From NCBI GenBank assembly GCA_963842525.1, contig CAWJGT010000003.1:1216001-1280000 (forward strand): DNA of 64,000 nucleotides, given 5' to 3'. Made by a program: the position numbers and the translations under genes. The stretch's first letter is position 1. Each line of letters opens with the position of its first letter. A model generated the notes under the pieces. It was given only the letters and a program-made list of their open reading frames with translations, ran no database searches and was not told where the DNA came from. The DNA comes from an uncultured Holophagales bacterium (GTDB lineage: Bacteria > Acidobacteriota > Thermoanaerobaculia > Multivoradales > UBA5704). Shown here in pieces: positions 61,469 to 64,000 of this stretch.

Positions 61469-62392
61469 ATGCCGATTTCCGCCAAGCCCAGCGCAACCCC
61501 GGCCCGCCTCTGGCGGGTGGAGGGGGAGGGCGTGGAGGAACGGGACGACCAACTCGCCACGGAAGAGCCCCTGGAGATCCGCCTGCGCTGGGGCGACGAG
61601 CGGCAGACCGTGGCGGTCACCATGCGCACCCCGGGAGCGGATTTCGAGCTGGCCGCCGGCTTCCTCTTCACAGAGGGCGTGATCGAGGAGCCGGAGCGCA
61701 TCCGCCGGATCGCCCATGTCTTCGGGCCGGAGGAGCCCTTCACACCGGACGGCTCCAATGTGGTGGAGGTCGAGCTGGAGGACGGCCCCGCGCCGCAGCT
61801 CCAGACGCTCGACCGGCACTTCTTCACCACCAGCGCGTGCGGCGTCTGTGGCAAGGCGGGCCTGGAAGCGCTCCGGATACGGGTCCCGGCGACGGTGCCC
61901 GAGGGTCCGTTCGTGCCTGTGGAGGTGATCCGCGCGCTGCCGGCGCGGCTGGGGGAGGCCCAGGGCCTGTTCGCCACGACCGGCGGGCTCCATGCGGCGG
62001 GGCTGTTCGACCCCACCGGCGCGCTCCTCGCCGTGCGCGAGGACGTCGGGCGCCACAATGCCCTCGACAAGCTGATCGGCTGGGCCCTGCACGCGGGCGA
62101 GCTGCCGCTGCACGACCGCCTGGTCCTGGTCAGCGGCCGGTCGAGCTACGAGATCCTCCAGAAGTGCCTGGTGGCAGGCGTGCCGTTCCTCTGCGCCGTG
62201 TCCGCGCCGAGCAGCCTGGCGGTGGAGCTGGCCGAGCGCTACGGGCTCACCCTGATCGGCTTCCTGAGGCAGAACCGTTTCAACGTCTACAGCGGCCTGG
62301 AGCGCATTGCGGGGGTGGAGAGCCTGGTGGCCGGCGAGGGCCTCCGGCCGCCCCGCCGGCGTGGCGACCGGCTCTTCCCCACGGTCCTGTAA
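61469..62392 (+). CDS. fdhD: Formate dehydrogenase accessory sulfurtransferase FdhD
   Basis: TMRTPG, SACGVCG, TGGLHAA, REDVGRHNALDK, SAPSSLA. Confidence 0.95.
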   Translation: MPISAKPSATPARLWRVEGEGVEERDDQLATEEPLEIRLRWGDERQTVAVTMRTPGADFELAAGFLFTEGVIEEPERIRRIAHVFGPEEPFTPDGSNVVEVELEDGPAPQLQTLDRHFFTTSACGVCGKAGLEALRIRVPATVPEGPFVPVEVIRALPARLGEAQGLFATTGGLHAAGLFDPTGALLAVREDVGRHNALDKLIGWALHAGELPLHDRLVLVSGRSSYEILQKCLVAGVPFLCAVSAPSSLAVELAERYGLTLIGFLRQNRFNVYSGLERIAGVESLVAGEGLRPPRRRGDRLFPTVL

Positions 62393-62804
62393 TCCTTACA
62401 GGCCTCTGCGGGCGCTCTCCCTCGACAAACCCCTTGCCGGCCTGTCTGGCACAGAAGCTGCACAACCTTCTGCCGCGTGCCTGACAAGCCCGCTCCGAGG
62501 CGGCCTCGGGGTCAAGGTGAACCCAGGTTCGACAAGGTGGAAAACAGGCCTTTCGTGGCCCTCCCTGAGGGGGAGGGGATCTGATGCACCGATCCACTTC
62601 CCCGCCTTTTTCTCCAGGTGGAGCCACAGGACGCCGGTGAAGTGAACAGACTCATGTCGGGGGCGGAGGTCACTTCGCCACCTGATCCGCGAGGCCTCGC
62701 AAGGGGCTTTCGCGGCCCCTCCCTGCAGGGAGACGTTCTGGCCGAAAGCTCGGGCGTCTCCCTCTTTTTTCAGAGGGGTCCGCACAACGCGAAGGAGAGA
62801 CGCC

Positions 62805-63344
62805 ATGAAGACGAGAGGATTCCATCTGGTGACGGCCCTGTGGCTGGCCGCCGCAGGGATTGCGCTCGCCGGCTGCCAACGCGACGGACAGCCTGCGGTC
62901 GAGGCCCAGCACGATAACGAAGGCGCCCGGATCGAGGTCCATGGCAAGGAGGTGGAGGAGAACCTCCAGCAGGCCGGTGAGGAGCTGAAAGCGGGAGCGG
63001 AGCAGGTCAGGGAAGGGGCCCAGGAAGTCGGCGCCGCGCTGGAGCGTGGGGCCGAACGGGTCGGAGCCGAGGTCGGGCCCATCGTCCAGGACGTCCTGGA
63101 CGACGCCCAGATCACGGCCCAGATCAAGGCCAAGCTGGTGGCTGATCCCGAGGTCAACGCCTTCCACATCGACGTCGATACGGTCGACGGACAGGTCACG
63201 CTGAACGGCAAGGTGGCCCGGGCGGATCAGAAGGCCGAGGCGGAGAGGCTTGCCCGGCACACCAGCGGAGTCAGGGCGGTCCACAATCTGATCCAGGTTG
63301 CGGGCCAGGCGAACACTCCCGCGCCGCCGCAGCCGGGCACCTGA
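62805..63344 (+). CDS. BON domain lipoprotein (OsmY-like)
   Basis: LAGC lipobox, DAQITAQIKAKL, IDVDTVDGQVTLNG. Confidence 0.9.
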   Translation: MKTRGFHLVTALWLAAAGIALAGCQRDGQPAVEAQHDNEGARIEVHGKEVEENLQQAGEELKAGAEQVREGAQEVGAALERGAERVGAEVGPIVQDVLDDAQITAQIKAKLVADPEVNAFHIDVDTVDGQVTLNGKVARADQKAEAERLARHTSGVRAVHNLIQVAGQANTPAPPQPGT

Positions 63345-63346
63345 TA

Positions 63347-63553
63347 CCTCACCCCCTGTCCCCCTCTCCCATCGCCCCCCCTTCCGCCGGGAGAGGGGGG
63401 ACGTGGTTGGTGCTCTGAGGGGATAGATTGCAGTTTCTTTTCAGAGACTCTTTCTCATCAAGAATGCCTTGACCTCGCCTTCCAAGCTCCAGCGGCGTCC
63501 CCCCTCTCCCGGTCGGTGGGGGGGGCGATGGGAGAGGGGGACAGGGGGTGAGG
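63347..63553. repeat. Two inverted REP-like palindromic elements
   Basis: CCTCACCCCCTGTCCCCCTCTCCC...GGGAGAGGGGG and its inverted copy at ~63500-63553. Confidence 0.75.
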
Positions 63554-63569
63554 TATCCTTGCCTCCCCC

Positions 63570-64000
63570 ATGGACGCCTACATCGGGAGCTTCCTGCCGC
63601 TCTTCGTTGCCATCAACGTGCCGGGCATCCTGCCCGTCTATCTGGCGGTCACCGAACGGATGACCGCGGGGGAACGCCGGAGGCTGACCCTGCAGGCGTT
63701 GGCCACCGCCTCGCTGCTCTCCGTCCTGATCCTGTTCGCGGGCCAGCTCATCTTCTCCCTGCTCGGCATCACCGTGAACGACCTGCGGGTCGGCGGCGGG
63801 CTCATCCTGCTGGTGCTCAGCATCTCGAACCTGATCTTCGGGGACTTCCGGCGGCGCGACCCGCGACAGGGAGAGGCGGAGGAAGGGGAGGATCCGGCCT
63901 CGGTGGGCGTCGTGCCGCTCGGCATCCCGCTGATCATCGGCCCCGCCGCGATCACGTCGATCCTGGTCTCGCGAGAAGCATTCGGCTACCTGCCGACCCT
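63570..64000 (+). CDS. MarC family membrane protein (runs off window)
   Basis: Manual translation MDAYIGSFLPLFVAINVPG...RVGGGLILL...VVPLGIPLIIGPAAI. Confidence 0.88.
   Translation, partial: MDAYIGSFLPLFVAINVPGILPVYLAVTERMTAGERRRLTLQALATASLLSVLILFAGQLIFSLLGITVNDLRVGGGLILLVLSISNLIFGDFRRRDPRQGEAEEGEDPASVGVVPLGIPLIIGPAAITSILVSREAFGYLPT

Noticed and set aside
1-64000. tRNA or rRNA genes
   Set aside because: No cloverleaf, T-loop/CCA context or rRNA-conserved segments recognised.

Overview
High-GC bacterial genomic window, most likely Acidobacteriota (PadR plus duplicated orphan permease pair, many small secreted Cys-rich proteins). It carries many single-base frameshifts that look like long-read assembly errors. 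Housekeeping and accessory genes include NAD kinase, an ArgR-like repressor, ypfJ, pepT, actP/DUF485, alpha-hydroxy acid oxidase, SDR, MOSC, an L,D-transpeptidase, ligD/ku, fdhD, BON and MarC. The most interesting parts are: (1) a translationally coupled minus-strand operon (1-7797) with its own sensor-less sigma54 activator and a consensus -24/-12 promoter, encoding a DUF3467-like protein, a 1084-aa modular protein with two papain-like protease domains, three uncharacterised proteins and an S8 protease; (2) an ArgR-like gene divergent from a small helical protein gene, with an ARG-box over the promoter and a non-coding array of about 21 units of 20/21 bp that folds into repeated hairpins (22060-23616), plus a second 20/21-bp array at 56026-56296; (3) an integron-type attC cluster with no integrase in view, carrying a TA pair and a low-GC HEAT-repeat gene; (4) a DUF4157 gene pair bracketed by a duplicated 3' end of a spermidine-synthase-like gene; (5) a 17-aa peptide, structured leader and ankyrin gene unit; (6) an S8-gluzincin fusion protease next to a ComEC-like MBL hydrolase; (7) a LigD whose ligase OB domain appears deleted. 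No rRNA, tRNA or CRISPR array was found. All family assignments are from motif recognition by eye, not database searches.
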